Shown: in pieces, positions 39,261 through 51,584 of the stretch | How the letters are laid out: each line of letters opens with the position of its first letter | Numbering within the stretch: position 1 is the stretch's first letter | DNA from: an uncultured Candidatus Rokubacteria bacterium | GTDB taxonomy: Bacteria; Methylomirabilota; Methylomirabilia; Rokubacteriales; CSP1-6 | DNA length: 64,000 bases | Assembly (NCBI GenBank): GCA_963762145.1 | Contig: CAVXJS010000011.1 | Coordinates: 672,001 to 736,000 of the forward strand | Direction: 5' to 3' | The notes under the pieces: model-generated | The model's input: the letters and a program-made list of their open reading frames with translations, nothing else | The model's database searches: none | Told to the model about the DNA's origin: nothing | Translations under genes and position numbers: made by a program

Positions 39261-40250
39261 ATGACCCGTCACGGTCGACGCCTCGCGGCGCTGGTCCCGG
39301 CCATCCTGGCCGTCGTATTTCTCTGCTCCCCGGCACAGGCCTGGGAGCCGAGCAAGCCCATCGAGTTCGTGATCCCGGCCGGCACCGGCGGGGGCGCCGA
39401 CCAGATGGCGCGTCTGATTGCGGGCATCGTCGAGAAGCACCGGCTCTCGCCGCGCCCGTTCATCGTGGTCAACAAGTCGGGGGGGGCGGGCGCGGAGGGC
39501 TTCCTCCACGTGAAGGGCAAGAAGGGTGACGCCCACACGATGATCATCACGCTCTCCAACCTCTTCACGACGCCGCTCCACACCGGGGTGCCCTTCGGCT
39601 GGAAGGATCTCACCCCGATCGCGCGCATGGCGCTCGACGAGTTCATCCTGTGGGTGAACGCGGAGACGCCCTACAAGACCGCCAAGGAGTACGTCGCGGC
39701 GGCGAAGGAGCGCTCGGGCGGGGACCGCATGAAGATGGCGGGGACCGGCTCGGCCCAGGAAGACCAGATCCTCACCATCCAGCTCGAGCAGGCCACCGGG
39801 GTGAAGTTCACCTACGTGCCCTTCAAGGGGGGCGGCGAGGTGTGCGTGAACCTCGTCGGCAAGCACGTGGACTCGACGGTCAACAATCCCATCGAGTGCG
39901 CCAGCCACTGGAAGGCGGGGCGGGTGCGCCCGCTGGCCGTCTTCGACACCGCGCGGATCACGGTGCCGGAGTGGAAGGACATCCCGACCGTCAAGGAAGC
40001 GCTCGGCGCGGACATCAGCTATCTGATGCTGCGCGGGATCTTCGGTCCTCCCGACATGCCGAAGGACGCGCTGGAGTGGTACCAGGCCCTGCTGAAGAAG
40101 GTCTACGAGTCCGCCGAGTTCAAGGACTACCTCAACCAGGGGGCCCTCAAGCCTGCCTGGGAGACCGGCCCCGAGTTCGTGCAGTGGCTCGGCCAGGCCG
40201 AGCAGCTTCATCGAGACCTGATGACGAAAGGCGGCCTGCTGAAGAAGTAA
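39261..40250 (+). CDS. tctC: Tripartite tricarboxylate transporter substrate-binding protein (TctC/Bug)
   Basis: Signal peptide, P.KPIEFVIP..GGGAD..AR, VVNKSGGAG, YVPFKGGG. Confidence 0.92.
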   Translation: MTRHGRRLAALVPAILAVVFLCSPAQAWEPSKPIEFVIPAGTGGGADQMARLIAGIVEKHRLSPRPFIVVNKSGGAGAEGFLHVKGKKGDAHTMIITLSNLFTTPLHTGVPFGWKDLTPIARMALDEFILWVNAETPYKTAKEYVAAAKERSGGDRMKMAGTGSAQEDQILTIQLEQATGVKFTYVPFKGGGEVCVNLVGKHVDSTVNNPIECASHWKAGRVRPLAVFDTARITVPEWKDIPTVKEALGADISYLMLRGIFGPPDMPKDALEWYQALLKKVYESAEFKDYLNQGALKPAWETGPEFVQWLGQAEQLHRDLMTKGGLLKK

Positions 40251-40261
40251 CCGTCCCCCGC

Positions 40262-40723
40262 ATGCGGACCGCCGACCTGACGACGGCGCTGATCCTAATG
40301 GCCGGGGGCCTCCTGGTGATCTGGGACGCCCTGCGCCTCGGGATCGGCTGGGGGACCGACGGCCCGCAGAGCGGGTTCTTCCCGTTCTGGCTCGCGGTGC
40401 TGCTCCTCGCATCCTGCGCGGCCATCGCGCTGCAGGCCTGGCGGCGGTCGAGCTCCGCCCCCTTCGTCACCCGGCAACGACTCGCGCCCGTCTTGACCAC
40501 GCTGCTGCCCGCGACCGGCTTCGTGGTGCTGACCCAGTTCATCGGGCTCTACGTGGCCACCTGCGCCTTCATGGCCCTGTACATGCGCTGGATCGGCCGC
40601 TACCCGTGGCTGGCGGTGATCTCGGTGAGCGTGCTCTTTCCGCTGGTGACCTTCGTGGTGTTCGAGAAGTGGTTCCTCGTGCCGATGCCCAAGGGTCCGC
40701 TCGAGGCCTGGCTGGGCTACTGA
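40262..40723 (+). CDS. tctB: TTT small membrane subunit
   Basis: Four TM helices, GPQSGFFPF, FLVPMPKG. Confidence 0.88.
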   Translation: MRTADLTTALILMAGGLLVIWDALRLGIGWGTDGPQSGFFPFWLAVLLLASCAAIALQAWRRSSSAPFVTRQRLAPVLTTLLPATGFVVLTQFIGLYVATCAFMALYMRWIGRYPWLAVISVSVLFPLVTFVVFEKWFLVPMPKGPLEAWLGY

Positions 40724-40726
40724 TTC

Positions 40727-42247
40727 GTGGGATTCGAGAATCTGCTCCTCGGCTTCCAGGTGGCGCTGCAGCCCTACAATCTCGGGCTCGCGGTCCTCGG
40801 CATCACCCTCGGCACCATCATCGGGGTGCTGCCCGGGCTCGGCGGAGCCAACGGCGTCGCGATCCTGCTCCCGCTCACCTTCTCGATGGCCCCGACCTCC
40901 GCCATCATCCTGCTCACGAGCCTCTACTGGGGCGCTCTCTTCGGCGGAGCGATCACCTCGATCCTCTTCAACATCCCGGGGGAGCCGTGGTCGGTGGCCA
41001 CCACCTTCGACGGCTATCCGATGGCGCGGAACGGGCAGGGTGGGGAGGCGCTCACCGCCGCCTTCACGTCGTCGTTCGTCGGCGCGCTCTTCTCGGTCAT
41101 CCTGATCACCCTCTTCGCCCCGATCCTGGCCGAGATCGCGCTGAAGTTCGGGCCCCCCGAGTTCTTCGCGATCCAGCTCCTGACCTTCTCGTCGTTCATC
41201 GGCCTGGGCGGGGGCAACCCGATCAAGTCGCTGGTATCCATCCTGCTGGGCTTCATCCTGGCCTCGGCCGGTCTCGACATCGTGACCGGGCAGCTTCGCC
41301 TGACCTTCGGAATCACCGAGCTGATGAAGGGCTTCGACTTCATCGTGGCCGTCATCGGCCTCTTCGGGGTGGGCGAGATCCTGCTCTCGGTGGAGGAAGG
41401 ACTGTCCTTCCGCGGGGTGAAGGCCGCCATGAACCCGCAGGTGGTCTGGCAGACGTGGAAGAGGCTGCCGCGCTACTACCGCACGTTCATCCGCAGCGCC
41501 TTCATCGGCTTCTGGATGGGCTTCAAGCCGGGTGGGGCCACCCCCGCGTCGTTCATGAGCTACGCCTTCGCCAAGCGCTTCTCCCGGCACCCCGAGCGGT
41601 TCGGCAAGGGCGAGATCGAGGGCGTGGTGGCGCCGGAGACCGCGGCCCACGCGGCGGGAGGCGCGTCCCTGCTGCCCATGATCACCCTGGGCATTCCGGG
41701 CAGCCCCACCGCGGCGGTGATGCTGGGCGGGCTCATCATCTGGGGCCTCCAGCCGGGGCCCATGCTGTTCCGCGAGCGGCCCGACTTCGTCTGGGGCCTC
41801 ATCGCGAGCATGTACACCGGCAACGTGATCGGGGTGCTGATGGTGCTGGCCTTCGTGCCGCTCTTCGCGGCCATCCTCCGGATCCCGTTCCCGATCCTGA
41901 CCCCGCTCATCATCGCGGTCTGCGCGGTGGGCTCCTACGCCGTCCACGACAGCATGGTGGACATCTGGTATATGCTGCTGTTCGGTGTGATTGGCTATGT
42001 GTTCAAGAAGCTCGACTACCCTCTCGCCCCGCTGGTCCTGGCGCTCGTGCTCGGCGATCTGGCCGAGAACGCCCTGCGCCAGAGCCTGATCATGTCGCAG
42101 GGCTCGCTCCTGATCCTGTTCACGCGGCCCATCGCCGGCGCCATCAGCGCGGTGGCCATCTTCTTCTTCGCGCTGCCGCTGCTCGCTCCCTACTGGCGGC
42201 GCCGTCGGGCCCAGGACGAGACGCCCGCGGCGGCGGCGCGGCACTAG
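40727..42247 (+). CDS. tctA: TTT large permease subunit
   Basis: GVLPGLGG, NIPGE..SVATTFDGYPMA, GVVAPETA, TLGIPGS, GLQPGP. Confidence 0.94.
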   Translation: MGFENLLLGFQVALQPYNLGLAVLGITLGTIIGVLPGLGGANGVAILLPLTFSMAPTSAIILLTSLYWGALFGGAITSILFNIPGEPWSVATTFDGYPMARNGQGGEALTAAFTSSFVGALFSVILITLFAPILAEIALKFGPPEFFAIQLLTFSSFIGLGGGNPIKSLVSILLGFILASAGLDIVTGQLRLTFGITELMKGFDFIVAVIGLFGVGEILLSVEEGLSFRGVKAAMNPQVVWQTWKRLPRYYRTFIRSAFIGFWMGFKPGGATPASFMSYAFAKRFSRHPERFGKGEIEGVVAPETAAHAAGGASLLPMITLGIPGSPTAAVMLGGLIIWGLQPGPMLFRERPDFVWGLIASMYTGNVIGVLMVLAFVPLFAAILRIPFPILTPLIIAVCAVGSYAVHDSMVDIWYMLLFGVIGYVFKKLDYPLAPLVLALVLGDLAENALRQSLIMSQGSLLILFTRPIAGAISAVAIFFFALPLLAPYWRRRRAQDETPAAAARH

Positions 42248-42268
42248 GCGGCTGACCGGAGACTCCGA

Positions 42269-42963
42269 ATGGATCTGGATTTCCTGATCGGTATCGGCAA
42301 GATCGTGCTCATCGACCTGGCCCTGGCCGGCGACAACGCCCTGGTCATCGCCCTCGCGGTGCGCACGCTGCCCCCCGCCAGCAGCTCCAGGGCCGTATCT
42401 GGGGCACCGTCGGCGCGGTGGGGCTGCGGCTGGCCTTCATCTTCATCGTGACCTACCTCCTCGCCATCCCCCTGCTGCAGGTCGTGGGCGGGCTGCTGCT
42501 CGTCTGGATCGCGCTCAAGCTCGTGCTCCAGACGGATGCGCACGGCGGCGAGAGCGTGAAGCAGGGCACGACGCTGCTCGGGGCCATCTGGGTCATCCTC
42601 GTGGCCGACGTCGTCATGAGCCTCGACAACGTGATCGGGGTCGCCGCCGCCGCCGAGGGCGACATGCGCCTGGTCGTCTTCGGCATCGCGCTGTCCATCC
42701 CGATCGTGGTCTGGGGGTCCGGGGTGCTGGCCCGGCTGATGAACCGGTACCCGTGGATCATCCTGGTGGCGGGCGGCATCCTGGGCGAGGTGGCGGGCAA
42801 GATGATGCTGCACGACCAGTTCATCGTGAGCCGGTTCGGCAACTCGCCCGACGCGGTGGAGTTCGCGCTGCGCATTGGCCTCGCGATCGCCATCATGCTG
42901 GTGGGCTGGCTGGTCACGCGCCGGCGGGCCGCGGTGGCGAACGACGGGGCCGCCGCACGGTGA
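42269..42963 (+). CDS. TerC/YjbE family membrane protein (frameshift in C-run near 42371)
   Basis: IDLALAGDNALVIALAVR, ADVVMSLDNVIGVAAAA, GIALSIPIV. Confidence 0.88.
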
Positions 42964-43724
42964 GCTCGGCCGGCGAGGGGCCGAGTCTCGAGCCGGTCAA
43001 GTCCACCCGGATCTACGAGGAGATCGTCCGCCAGGTCAAGCAGCTCATCGGGGAAGGGCGGCTCAAGTCCGGTGACCGCCTTCCGCCCGAGCGGGACCTG
43101 GCCGAGAAATTCATGGTGAGCCGCACCTCGGTGCGGGAGGCGCTCCGGGCGCTGCAGAGCCGCGGCCTCATCGAGATACGGGCGGGAGAGGGCGCCTTCA
43201 TCCGCGACGTCTCGGTGGAGACGCTGATCGAGCCGCTGGCCCTGGTCATCTTGCCGCATCGCGAGGCGGTCGGCGAGCTCTTCGAAGCCCGCCGGCTGCT
43301 GGAGCCCGCCATCGCGGCCCTCGCCGCGCGGCGGGCGACGCGCGAGGAGATCCAGGAGATGGAGCGCATCCTGGAGGACCAGGCCAAGGAAGTGGCGGCC
43401 GGCCGGACCGGGATGCTCCAGGACGGGGCGCTCCACGCGGCCATCGCCAACAGCGCCCACAATCGCGCCATCACCCGCATCGTGAACGCCCTGATGGATC
43501 TGCTCACCCAGAGCCGCGAGGAGTCGTTGCACACGCCCGGCCGGCCGACGCGGTCTCACGAGGACCATCGCCGCATCCTGGAAGCGGTGCGCCGGCGCGA
43601 CGAGGTGGCGGCTCATCGCTCGATGCTCGACCACCTCATCGCGGTGGAGACCCTGGTGACCGGAGCCCATGCCGACGATCGGAGCGCGACGCCCGTCGCC
43701 CCCAGGAGAAAGCCGCGCCCCTGA
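42960..43724 (+). CDS. FadR/GntR family transcriptional regulator (PdhR/LldR/GlcC-like)
   Basis: GDRLPPERDLAEKFMVSRTSVREALRAL..G.GAF, FCD domain with conserved His. Confidence 0.93.
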   Translation: MSSAGEGPSLEPVKSTRIYEEIVRQVKQLIGEGRLKSGDRLPPERDLAEKFMVSRTSVREALRALQSRGLIEIRAGEGAFIRDVSVETLIEPLALVILPHREAVGELFEARRLLEPAIAALAARRATREEIQEMERILEDQAKEVAAGRTGMLQDGALHAAIANSAHNRAITRIVNALMDLLTQSREESLHTPGRPTRSHEDHRRILEAVRRRDEVAAHRSMLDHLIAVETLVTGAHADDRSATPVAPRRKPRP

Positions 43725-43759
43725 CCCGTCTGTAAGTGCTTGTCTTGCAACATTAATCG

Positions 43760-43788
43760 TTGACATCTCGGGTCGAGCGCCCTACCAT
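43760..43788 (+). promoter_or_regulatory. Sigma70-type promoter upstream of ppdK
   Basis: TTGACA-17nt-TACCAT. Confidence 0.6.
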
Positions 43789-43861
43789 GGCTGATTAACG
43801 CAGGCCCACAGGTGGGCCTGTGTCTTTTTCTCTGCCACCGAATCGCTCAGGGGGTCCTGTG

Positions 43862-46687
43862 ATGGCGCAGGCCGGAAGTCGGAAGAGCGCGCGACAGCGC
43901 GCTGCCCGTCCGTCCAGCGCCACGCCCAAGTACGTGTACTCCTTCTCCGGCGGCAAGGCGGAGGGGTCGAGCGCGATGCGCGACCTGCTCGGCGGCAAGG
44001 GCTGCGAGCTGGCCGAGATGACCAAGATGGGCGTGGCGGTCCCCCCCGGCTTCACGGTCACCACCGAGGCGTGGGCCGCCTACGACGCGGCGGGGAAGAA
44101 GCACCCGACCGGCCTCTGGACCCAGGTGATGGCCCACCTGGCCCGCCTCGAGGCCGCGGCGGGCAGCCGACTGGGCGATCCGGTGCGGCCGCTGCTGGTC
44201 TCGGTCCGGTCCGGGGCGCGCGTCTCGATGCCCGGCATGATGGACACCGTGCTGAACCTGGGGCTCAACGACAAGTCGGTCGAGGGGCTCGCGGCGCGGA
44301 CCCGGAACGAGCGCTTCGCCTGGGACTGCTACCGCCGCTTCATCACGCTCTTCGGGGACGTGGTGCTCTCCATCGATCGGCACACCCTGGACGCGCTTCT
44401 CGAGACCGCGAAGACGCGCGCGGGGGCCAAGACGGATGCCGACCTTCCGCCCGCGGCGCTACGGGAGCTGGTCGCGGAGCTGAAGAAGGTCGTGCAGGCC
44501 AAGACGGGCCGGCCGTTCCCGCAGGATCCGCACGAGCAGCTCCGGCTGGCCATCAACGCGGTCTTCGAGTCCTGGTGGGCCAAGAAGGCGGTGGACTACC
44601 GGCGCATCCATCGCCTGCCCGACAACTGGGGCACCGCGGTGACCGTCATGGCGATGGTCTTCGGCAATCTCGGGTCGACCTCGGGGACCGGGGTGTGCTT
44701 CTCGCGCGATCCGTCGAGCGGCGAGCGGCGCTTCTTCGGCGAGTTCCTCGTCAACGCCCAGGGTGAGGACGTCGTGGCGGGGATCCGCACCCCCGAGCCG
44801 ATCGAGGCCCTCAAGACGCGCATGCCCGCGGTGTACCGCGAGCTCACCGCGATCAAGGATCGGCTCGAGCAGCACTACCGCGACATGCAGGACATCGAGT
44901 TCACGGTGCAGGAGGGAACGCTCTACATCCTGCAGACGCGCTCCGGAAAGCGGACGGCGGCGGCGGCGGTGCGCATCGCGGTGGAGATGTTCGAGAAGGA
45001 GAAGCGCCTCGATCGGGACACCGCGCTCCTGCGGGTCGAGCCGGCCTCGCTCCACCAGCTGCTCGTCAAGACGGTGGACCCGAGCGCCCGCTACACCGCC
45101 ATCGCCACGGGTCTCCCCGCCACCCCGGCCGCGGCGGTGGGGAAGGTGGTGTTCGATCCGGAGAGGGCGGTGGACATGGCCCTCCGGGAAGAGGCGGTCA
45201 TCCTGGTGCGCGCGGAGACCTCGCCGGAGGACGTGGCGGGCATGCACGCCGCGCAGGGCGTGCTCACCTCGCGCGGCGGCCTGACGTCCCACGCGGCGGT
45301 GGTGGCACGCGGCTGGGGCAAGTGCTGTGTGGTCGGCGCGGGCGACGTGGTGGTGGACGAGGAGAACCGTCTGTTCCGGGCCGGGCGCGCGGTCGTGCGC
45401 GAGGGGCAGGTGGTCACGCTCAACGGGGCCACCGGCGAGGTGATCGTGGGCGCCCAGCCGCTCGTGGACCCCAAGCTCTCCGGCGAGTTCCGGAAGCTCC
45501 TCGGCTGGGCCCAGGAGCGCGCGACCACCACGGTTCGCGCCAACGCGGACACGCCCGCGGACGCGGTCAAGGCCCGGGAGTTCGGTGCGGTGGGCATCGG
45601 CCTGGTCCGCACCGAGCACATGTTCTTCGGGGACCAGCGCATCCCGATCGTGCGCGACATGATCATGGCGAGCGACGTCCAGGCCCGGAAGAAGGCGGTC
45701 GACCAGCTGCTGCCGTTCCAGCGCGAGGACTTCATCGGCATCTTCCGGGTCATGGCGCCGTACCCGGTGACGATCCGGCTGCTGGACCCCCCGCTGCACG
45801 AGTTCCTCCCGAAGTACAAGGAGGTGCTCGAGGAGTACACGCGGCTCGACGCCCGCGGCTTCAACCCGGAGCGCCACTCCGAGCTGGGCGCGATCAAGGC
45901 CCGGCTGGAGTCGCTCCTCGAGGCGAACCCGATGCTGGGCCACCGCGGCTGCCGGCTCGGCATCACGTTCCCCGAGATCTACGACATGCAGGTGCGGGCC
46001 ATCATGGAAGCGGCCTGCGCGGTGGCGGCGGAGGGCGTGACGGTGGAGCCCGAGATCATGATCCCGCTCACCGGCACGGTGGCCGAGATGAAGCTGACGC
46101 GCGAGATGACCGACCGCGTGGCCCGGCAGGTGCTCTCGGAGACGGGGCGGAAGGTCGCGTACTCGGTCGGCACCATGATCGAGGTGCCCCGCGCGGCGCT
46201 GATCGCGGACCGCATCGCGCAGTACGCCGAGTTCTTCTCGTTCGGCACCAACGACCTGACCCAGATGACGTTCGGGTACAGCCGGGACGATATCGGCAAG
46301 TTCCTGCCCTACTACCTCGAGAAGAAGCTGCTGCCGAACGATCCCTTCGCGGTGCTCGACCAGGACGGGGTGGGAGAGCTGGTGCGGGTCGGCATCGAGC
46401 GCGGCCGGCAGGCGGTGCCCACGCTGAAGGTGGGCATCTGCGGTGAGCACGGCGGGGAGCCCTCGTCGGTAGAGTTCTGCCATCGCGTCGGGATGACCTA
46501 CGTCTCCTGCTCCCCCTACATGGTGCCGGTGGCGTGGCTCGCGGCGGCCCAGGCCGAGATCAAGGGGCCCCGGCCCGAGCACGCCGAGGCGCGCTCGAAG
46601 GCGAGCCGAGCAAATACAAGAAAAGCAGTCACGGTAGCAGCACGCGGAGCAACACGAACAGGCCGGAAAAGGAGACACACGCGGTGA
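43862..46687 (+). CDS. ppdK: Pyruvate phosphate dikinase
   Basis: [71 protein letters not shown]. Confidence 0.97.
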   Translation: MAQAGSRKSARQRAARPSSATPKYVYSFSGGKAEGSSAMRDLLGGKGCELAEMTKMGVAVPPGFTVTTEAWAAYDAAGKKHPTGLWTQVMAHLARLEAAAGSRLGDPVRPLLVSVRSGARVSMPGMMDTVLNLGLNDKSVEGLAARTRNERFAWDCYRRFITLFGDVVLSIDRHTLDALLETAKTRAGAKTDADLPPAALRELVAELKKVVQAKTGRPFPQDPHEQLRLAINAVFESWWAKKAVDYRRIHRLPDNWGTAVTVMAMVFGNLGSTSGTGVCFSRDPSSGERRFFGEFLVNAQGEDVVAGIRTPEPIEALKTRMPAVYRELTAIKDRLEQHYRDMQDIEFTVQEGTLYILQTRSGKRTAAAAVRIAVEMFEKEKRLDRDTALLRVEPASLHQLLVKTVDPSARYTAIATGLPATPAAAVGKVVFDPERAVDMALREEAVILVRAETSPEDVAGMHAAQGVLTSRGGLTSHAAVVARGWGKCCVVGAGDVVVDEENRLFRAGRAVVREGQVVTLNGATGEVIVGAQPLVDPKLSGEFRKLLGWAQERATTTVRANADTPADAVKAREFGAVGIGLVRTEHMFFGDQRIPIVRDMIMASDVQARKKAVDQLLPFQREDFIGIFRVMAPYPVTIRLLDPPLHEFLPKYKEVLEEYTRLDARGFNPERHSELGAIKARLESLLEANPMLGHRGCRLGITFPEIYDMQVRAIMEAACAVAAEGVTVEPEIMIPLTGTVAEMKLTREMTDRVARQVLSETGRKVAYSVGTMIEVPRAALIADRIAQYAEFFSFGTNDLTQMTFGYSRDDIGKFLPYYLEKKLLPNDPFAVLDQDGVGELVRVGIERGRQAVPTLKVGICGEHGGEPSSVEFCHRVGMTYVSCSPYMVPVAWLAAAQAEIKGPRPEHAEARSKASRANTRKAVTVAARGATRTGRKRRHTR

Positions 46688-48438
46688 AGCTTTCAGGCGC
46701 CCGGATCGTCCTCGAGTGCATCAAGCGGGAAGGCGTCGATCTCATCTTCGGTCTGCCGGGCGGCGCGGTCCTGCCGATCTACGACGCCCTGTACGACTTC
46801 GAGGGCCTGCGCCACGTCCTGGTACGGCAGGAGGCCGCCGCCGGGCACGCGGCGGAAGGGTACGCGCGGACATCCGGCAAGGTCGGCGTCTGCCTCGTCA
46901 CCTCCGGGCCGGCCGCGACCAACCTGGTCACCGCGCTCCAGGACGCCCTGATGGATTCGATCCCGATCGTGGCCTTCACCGGGCAGGTGCCGACCACCTC
47001 GATCGGCAACGACGCGTTCCAGGAGGCCGACAACGTCGGCATCACCCGCTCGGCCACCAAGCACAACTTCCTGGTGAAGGACGGCAAGGACCTGGCCCCG
47101 ATCATCAAGGAGGCGTTTCACATCGCCTGCACCGGGCGCCCGGGGCCGGTCCACGTGGACCTCCCGAAGGACATCCTGGTCAAGGAGTGGACCTTCGAGT
47201 ACCCCGAGCGCGTGCACCTGCGCTCGTACAACCCGACGTACGAGGGGCACCCCGGGCAGATCAAGAAGGCGGCCCGCTCGATGGTGCGAGCCAAGCGGCC
47301 GGTGCTCTACGTGGGCGGCGGCGCGATCTCCTCGGACGCCTCGCCCGAGCTGCGGGAGCTGGCGGACCTGACCCAGATCCCGCTCACCCAGACCCTCATG
47401 GGCCTGGGCTCGTTCCCGATGGCCGATCCGCTCTCGCTCGACATGCTCGGCATGCACGGCACCTACTACGCCAACATGGCGGTGCACCACTCGGACTGCC
47501 TGGTGGCGGTGGCGGCGCGCTTCGACGACCGGGTGACCGGACGGGTCGACATGTTCTCGCCGAACGCGGAGATCATCCACATCGACATCGATCCCTCGTC
47601 GATCTCGAAGAACATCAAGGTGGACATCCCGATCGTGGGCGACTGCAAGCGCGTGCTGCGCCGGCTGGTGGAGGCGGTCCGCGAGGAGCTGAAGGACGGG
47701 GTCCCGGCCGCGGTGACCGAGGGCCGGCGCCAGTGGGCCGCGCAGATCGCGGACTGGAAGCGCGACTTCCCGCTGCGCTACGACTGGGACGACGACGTGA
47801 TCAAGCCCCAGTACGTCATCCAGGAGCTCTCGAATCTGACCCAGGGCGAGGCCTACGTGGTCACCGGGGTGGGCCAGCACCAGATGTGGGCCGCCCAGTA
47901 CTACCGCTTCAAGCACCCGCGCCGCTGGTGCACGTCGGGCGGCCTCGGCACCATGGGCTACGGGCTGCCCACCGCGATGGGGGTGCAGGCCGCGCATCCG
48001 GGCAAGCTGGTGGTCAACATCGACGGCGACGGCTCCTTCGCCATGAACAGCCAGGAGCTGGCAACCTGCTTCACCGAGAACCTTCCGGTCAAGACCATCA
48101 TCATCAACAACAGCGGGCACGGGATGGTGCGGCAGTGGCAGCGGATCATCTACAAGGAGCGGTTCTTCGCCATCGACCTGCCCGGCATCCCGGACTGGGT
48201 CAAGCTCGCGGAGGCGTACGGCTGTGTGGGCCTGCGCGTCACCAAGCCGAGCGAGGTGGTGCCCGCGCTCGAGAAGATGCTGAGCACGCCGGCCCCGGTG
48301 GTCCTGGACGTCTGCGTGGACAAGGACGAGTGCGTGTTCCCGATGGTGCCGGCGGGCGGAGCCAACAAGGACATGATCTTGTCGCTGCCGACCCGCGAGG
48401 CGGCAGAAAAAGCCGCCAAGACCCAGACCGGGTTCTAG
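46684..48438 (+). CDS. ilvB: Acetolactate synthase large subunit
   Basis: [59 protein letters not shown]. Confidence 0.95.
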   Translation: MKLSGARIVLECIKREGVDLIFGLPGGAVLPIYDALYDFEGLRHVLVRQEAAAGHAAEGYARTSGKVGVCLVTSGPAATNLVTALQDALMDSIPIVAFTGQVPTTSIGNDAFQEADNVGITRSATKHNFLVKDGKDLAPIIKEAFHIACTGRPGPVHVDLPKDILVKEWTFEYPERVHLRSYNPTYEGHPGQIKKAARSMVRAKRPVLYVGGGAISSDASPELRELADLTQIPLTQTLMGLGSFPMADPLSLDMLGMHGTYYANMAVHHSDCLVAVAARFDDRVTGRVDMFSPNAEIIHIDIDPSSISKNIKVDIPIVGDCKRVLRRLVEAVREELKDGVPAAVTEGRRQWAAQIADWKRDFPLRYDWDDDVIKPQYVIQELSNLTQGEAYVVTGVGQHQMWAAQYYRFKHPRRWCTSGGLGTMGYGLPTAMGVQAAHPGKLVVNIDGDGSFAMNSQELATCFTENLPVKTIIINNSGHGMVRQWQRIIYKERFFAIDLPGIPDWVKLAEAYGCVGLRVTKPSEVVPALEKMLSTPAPVVLDVCVDKDECVFPMVPAGGANKDMILSLPTREAAEKAAKTQTGF

Positions 48439-48447
48439 GAGCGCGCG

Positions 48448-49032
48448 GTGGCCGATACGAGCAAGCATACGATCGCGGTGCTGGTGGAGAACAAGTTCGG
48501 CGTGCTGTCCCGCGTCGCGGGGTTGTTCTCCGCGCGCGGGTACAACATCGAGAGCCTGTCGGTCGGGGAGACCCTCGACCCGTCCGTCTCGCGCATGACC
48601 CTGGTGGTGCGGGGGGACGCCTTCGTCATCGAGCAGGTCATCAAGCAGCTGCACAAGCTGATCGACGTCATCAAGGTCACCGACCTCAGCGAGGAGAACC
48701 ACGTGGAGCGCGAGATGCTCCTGCTGAAGGTCAATGCCGAGCCGGCGAATCGCGCCGAGATCCTCCGCCTGGGCGACATCTTCCGGGCCAAGGTGGTGGA
48801 CGTGACGCCCACCGCCTACACCCTCGAGGTCACGGGAGAGGAGTCCAAGATCGAGGGCATCATCGATCTCCTGCGGCCCTTCGGGATCCAGGAGATCGTC
48901 CGCACCGGCAAGGTGGCCATCGCGCGGGGCCCCAAGACCCGGCTGCGCAAGGTGGAAGAGCGGCTCGGCAAGTCCCGCGAGACGCCCCGTCCGCCGAACG
49001 ACGATCCGAAGGTGGTCGGGTTCGCGGACTGA
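48448..49032 (+). CDS. ilvN: Acetolactate synthase small subunit
   Basis: VENKFGVLSRVAGLFSARGYNIESL ACT domain. Confidence 0.95.
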   Translation: MADTSKHTIAVLVENKFGVLSRVAGLFSARGYNIESLSVGETLDPSVSRMTLVVRGDAFVIEQVIKQLHKLIDVIKVTDLSEENHVEREMLLLKVNAEPANRAEILRLGDIFRAKVVDVTPTAYTLEVTGEESKIEGIIDLLRPFGIQEIVRTGKVAIARGPKTRLRKVEERLGKSRETPRPPNDDPKVVGFAD

Positions 49033-49071
49033 TTTCCCACGAAGGAAACCGAGAGAAAGGCACGAGGAACC

Positions 49072-50076
49072 ATGCCGGCCAAGATCTTCTACGACCAGGA
49101 CGCTGACCTGGGCCTGCTGCGCGGCAAGACCGTCGCCATCATCGGCTACGGCAGCCAGGGGCACGCCCACGCCTTGAACCTGAAGGACTCCGGCCAGAAC
49201 GTGGTGGTCGGCCTCTACAAGGGCTCGAAGAGCTGGGCCCGGGCCGAGAAGGACGGGCTCAAGGTCACCACCGTGAACGACGCGGCCGCCGCGGGCGACA
49301 TCGTGATGATCCTGCTGCCCGACCAGACCCAGCGGCAGGTCTTCGAGGAGTCCATCAAGGGTGTCATGACCAAGGGCAAGATGCTGATGTTCGCCCACGG
49401 CTTCAACATCCACTTCAACCAGGTGGTGCCGCCCCCCGATGTGGACGTCTCGATGATCGCGCCCAAGGCGCCCGGCCACGTGATGCGCGACCTCTTCACG
49501 CAGGGGCCGGGCGTGCCGGGCCTGGTCGCGGTCTACCAGGACGTCTCGGGCAAGGCGCGGGATCTGGCGCTGGCCTACGGCAAGGGCGTCGGCTGCACGC
49601 GGGCGGGCGTGATCGAGACCACTTTCAAGGAAGAGACCGAGACCGACCTCTTCGGGGAGCAGACCACGCTCTGCGGCGGCGTCTCCCACCTGATCAAGGC
49701 GGCCTACGAGACGCTCGTCGAGGCGGGGTACCAGCCCGAGGTCGCGTACTTCGAGTGCATGCACGAGATGAAGCTGATCGTAGATCTCTTCTACCAGGGC
49801 GGCCTCGCCTACATGCGCTACTCGGTGTCCGACACCGCGGAGTACGGCGACTACACCCGCGGGCCGCGGATCATCGATGACCGGACCAAGCTGGAGATGA
49901 AGAAGATCCTCTCCGAGATCCAGTCGGGCCAGTTCGCGCGCGAGTGGGTGCTGGAGAACCAGGCCCACCGCGCCGGCTTCCTCGCCATGCGCAAGCGGGA
50001 CGCCGAGCATGGGATCGAGGAAGTGGGTGGCCGGCTGCGCAAGATGATGGCGTGGATCAAGCCTCCGCGGGAGTGA
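49072..50076 (+). CDS. ilvC: Ketol-acid reductoisomerase
   Basis: [43 protein letters not shown]. Confidence 0.97.
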   Translation: MPAKIFYDQDADLGLLRGKTVAIIGYGSQGHAHALNLKDSGQNVVVGLYKGSKSWARAEKDGLKVTTVNDAAAAGDIVMILLPDQTQRQVFEESIKGVMTKGKMLMFAHGFNIHFNQVVPPPDVDVSMIAPKAPGHVMRDLFTQGPGVPGLVAVYQDVSGKARDLALAYGKGVGCTRAGVIETTFKEETETDLFGEQTTLCGGVSHLIKAAYETLVEAGYQPEVAYFECMHEMKLIVDLFYQGGLAYMRYSVSDTAEYGDYTRGPRIIDDRTKLEMKKILSEIQSGQFAREWVLENQAHRAGFLAMRKRDAEHGIEEVGGRLRKMMAWIKPPRE

Positions 50077-50104
50077 TCGAGCCCGCGGAGCCGCGGCGGG
50101 TCGT

Positions 50105-50731
50105 GTGCGCGTTCCGGTAGCCGCGGAGGGCTGGCCGTTCATCCTGCCTCCCGCGGCCGCCGCATGTATCATGGCCGGGATGGGCTGGGTGGGCACCGCG
50201 GCGGTGCTCGCCGTGGTGGCGCTGGCCTTCCTCGGGTTCTTCCGGGATCCGGACCGGACCGCGCCCGATCTGCCCGGGGCGGTGCTGGCTCCCGCCGACG
50301 GGCGCGTGATGGTCATCACCGAGGCGGTGGACCCGTGGGTGGGCCCGGCGGTGCGGATGTCCATCTTCCTGTCGCCGCTGGACGTGCACGTCAACCGCGC
50401 GCCGATCGGGGGCCTGGTCAAGAACGTGGAGTACGTGGCGGGCCGCTTTCTCGCGGCCTACCGGCCGGAGGCGTCGGAGCAGAACGAGCGGTGCGCGGTG
50501 AGCCTCGACGGTGAGCGGGCCCGCGTGATGGTGACGCAGATCTCGGGCGTCCTGGCCCGCCGCATCGTGTGCCGGGTTCGGCCGGGCGACACGCTGCGGG
50601 CCGGGGAGCGCTACGGTCTGATCCGCTTCGGATCGCGGACGGATCTGGTGGTGCCGCGGGGTACCGAGGTGCGGGTGCGGGTGGGGGATCGAGTGCGGGG
50701 CGGGGAATCGGTGATGGGGGTGCTGCGATGA
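50105..50731 (+). CDS. psd: Phosphatidylserine decarboxylase
   Basis: [26 protein letters not shown] self-cleavage motif. Confidence 0.92.
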   Translation: MRVPVAAEGWPFILPPAAAACIMAGMGWVGTAAVLAVVALAFLGFFRDPDRTAPDLPGAVLAPADGRVMVITEAVDPWVGPAVRMSIFLSPLDVHVNRAPIGGLVKNVEYVAGRFLAAYRPEASEQNERCAVSLDGERARVMVTQISGVLARRIVCRVRPGDTLRAGERYGLIRFGSRTDLVVPRGTEVRVRVGDRVRGGESVMGVLR

Positions 50732-51582
50732 GACGGAGACACGCGAGCGACGCGGGGCGCGGCCCGCGTCGGAGAAAGTGGCAGGAGCTGCGCCAGCAGC
50801 CGCGGCGCGGAATCTACCTGCTCCCGAGCCTCCTGACGACCGGCAACCTGTTCTGCGGGTTCCTGGCCCTGGTGCTGGCCTCGCAGCAGCGCTTCACGGA
50901 GGCGGCGGTCTCCATCTTCGTGGGCATGCTCCTGGACATGCTGGACGGCAAGGTGGCGCGGCTCACCAAGACCACCAGCCAGTTCGGCGTCGAGCTCGAC
51001 TCGCTCGCCGACGTGGTCTCCTTCGGGGTCGCGCCCGCGTTCGTCCTCTACTCGATGGCCCTGGCCCCGCTGGGCCGCGCGGCCTGGCTCGGCGCGTTTC
51101 TCTTCGTGATCTGCGGCGCCCTCCGCCTCGCGCGATTCAACGTGTACGCGGGGGTGACCGACAAGCGCTATTTCGTCGGCCTGCCGATTCCCGCCGCCGC
51201 CGGCGTGGTGGCCTCGACGGTCCTGCTGCTGGGCACCGACGACATCCCGCGCTGGCTGGGCGCCGCGATCGCGGCGGGGACCTACCTGGTCGCGATCCTG
51301 ATGGTCACCACGTTCCGGTACTACAGCTTCAAGGAGATCGATTTCGCCCGTCGCCGGCCCGCCGGGGTGCTGGTGCTGGTCGTCCTCGGCGTCCTGATCG
51401 TCGCCACCCACCCCCAGTGGTTCCTGTTCCTGCTCTTCTTCGCCTATGCCCTGAGCGGCCCGACGCGCCCGTTCTGGGCGCGGCGTCGCGACGCGATCCC
51501 GGCGGTTCCCATCGGCTCACCTCCCGCGCTGCCCGCGGAGCGGGAGCCGAGGGATACCAGCGAGCGGGACCGGAGGATCTGA
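50728..51582 (+). CDS. pssA: CDP-diacylglycerol--serine O-phosphatidyltransferase
   Basis: [41 protein letters not shown]. Confidence 0.93.
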   Translation: MRRRHASDAGRGPRRRKWQELRQQPRRGIYLLPSLLTTGNLFCGFLALVLASQQRFTEAAVSIFVGMLLDMLDGKVARLTKTTSQFGVELDSLADVVSFGVAPAFVLYSMALAPLGRAAWLGAFLFVICGALRLARFNVYAGVTDKRYFVGLPIPAAAGVVASTVLLLGTDDIPRWLGAAIAAGTYLVAILMVTTFRYYSFKEIDFARRRPAGVLVLVVLGVLIVATHPQWFLFLLFFAYALSGPTRPFWARRRDAIPAVPIGSPPALPAEREPRDTSERDRRI

Positions 51583-51584
51583 CC

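Noticed and set aside
43733-43759. AT-rich TAAGTGCTTG patch upstream of the ppdK promoter
   Set aside because: Only a partial IHF-like match; not enough to call a site
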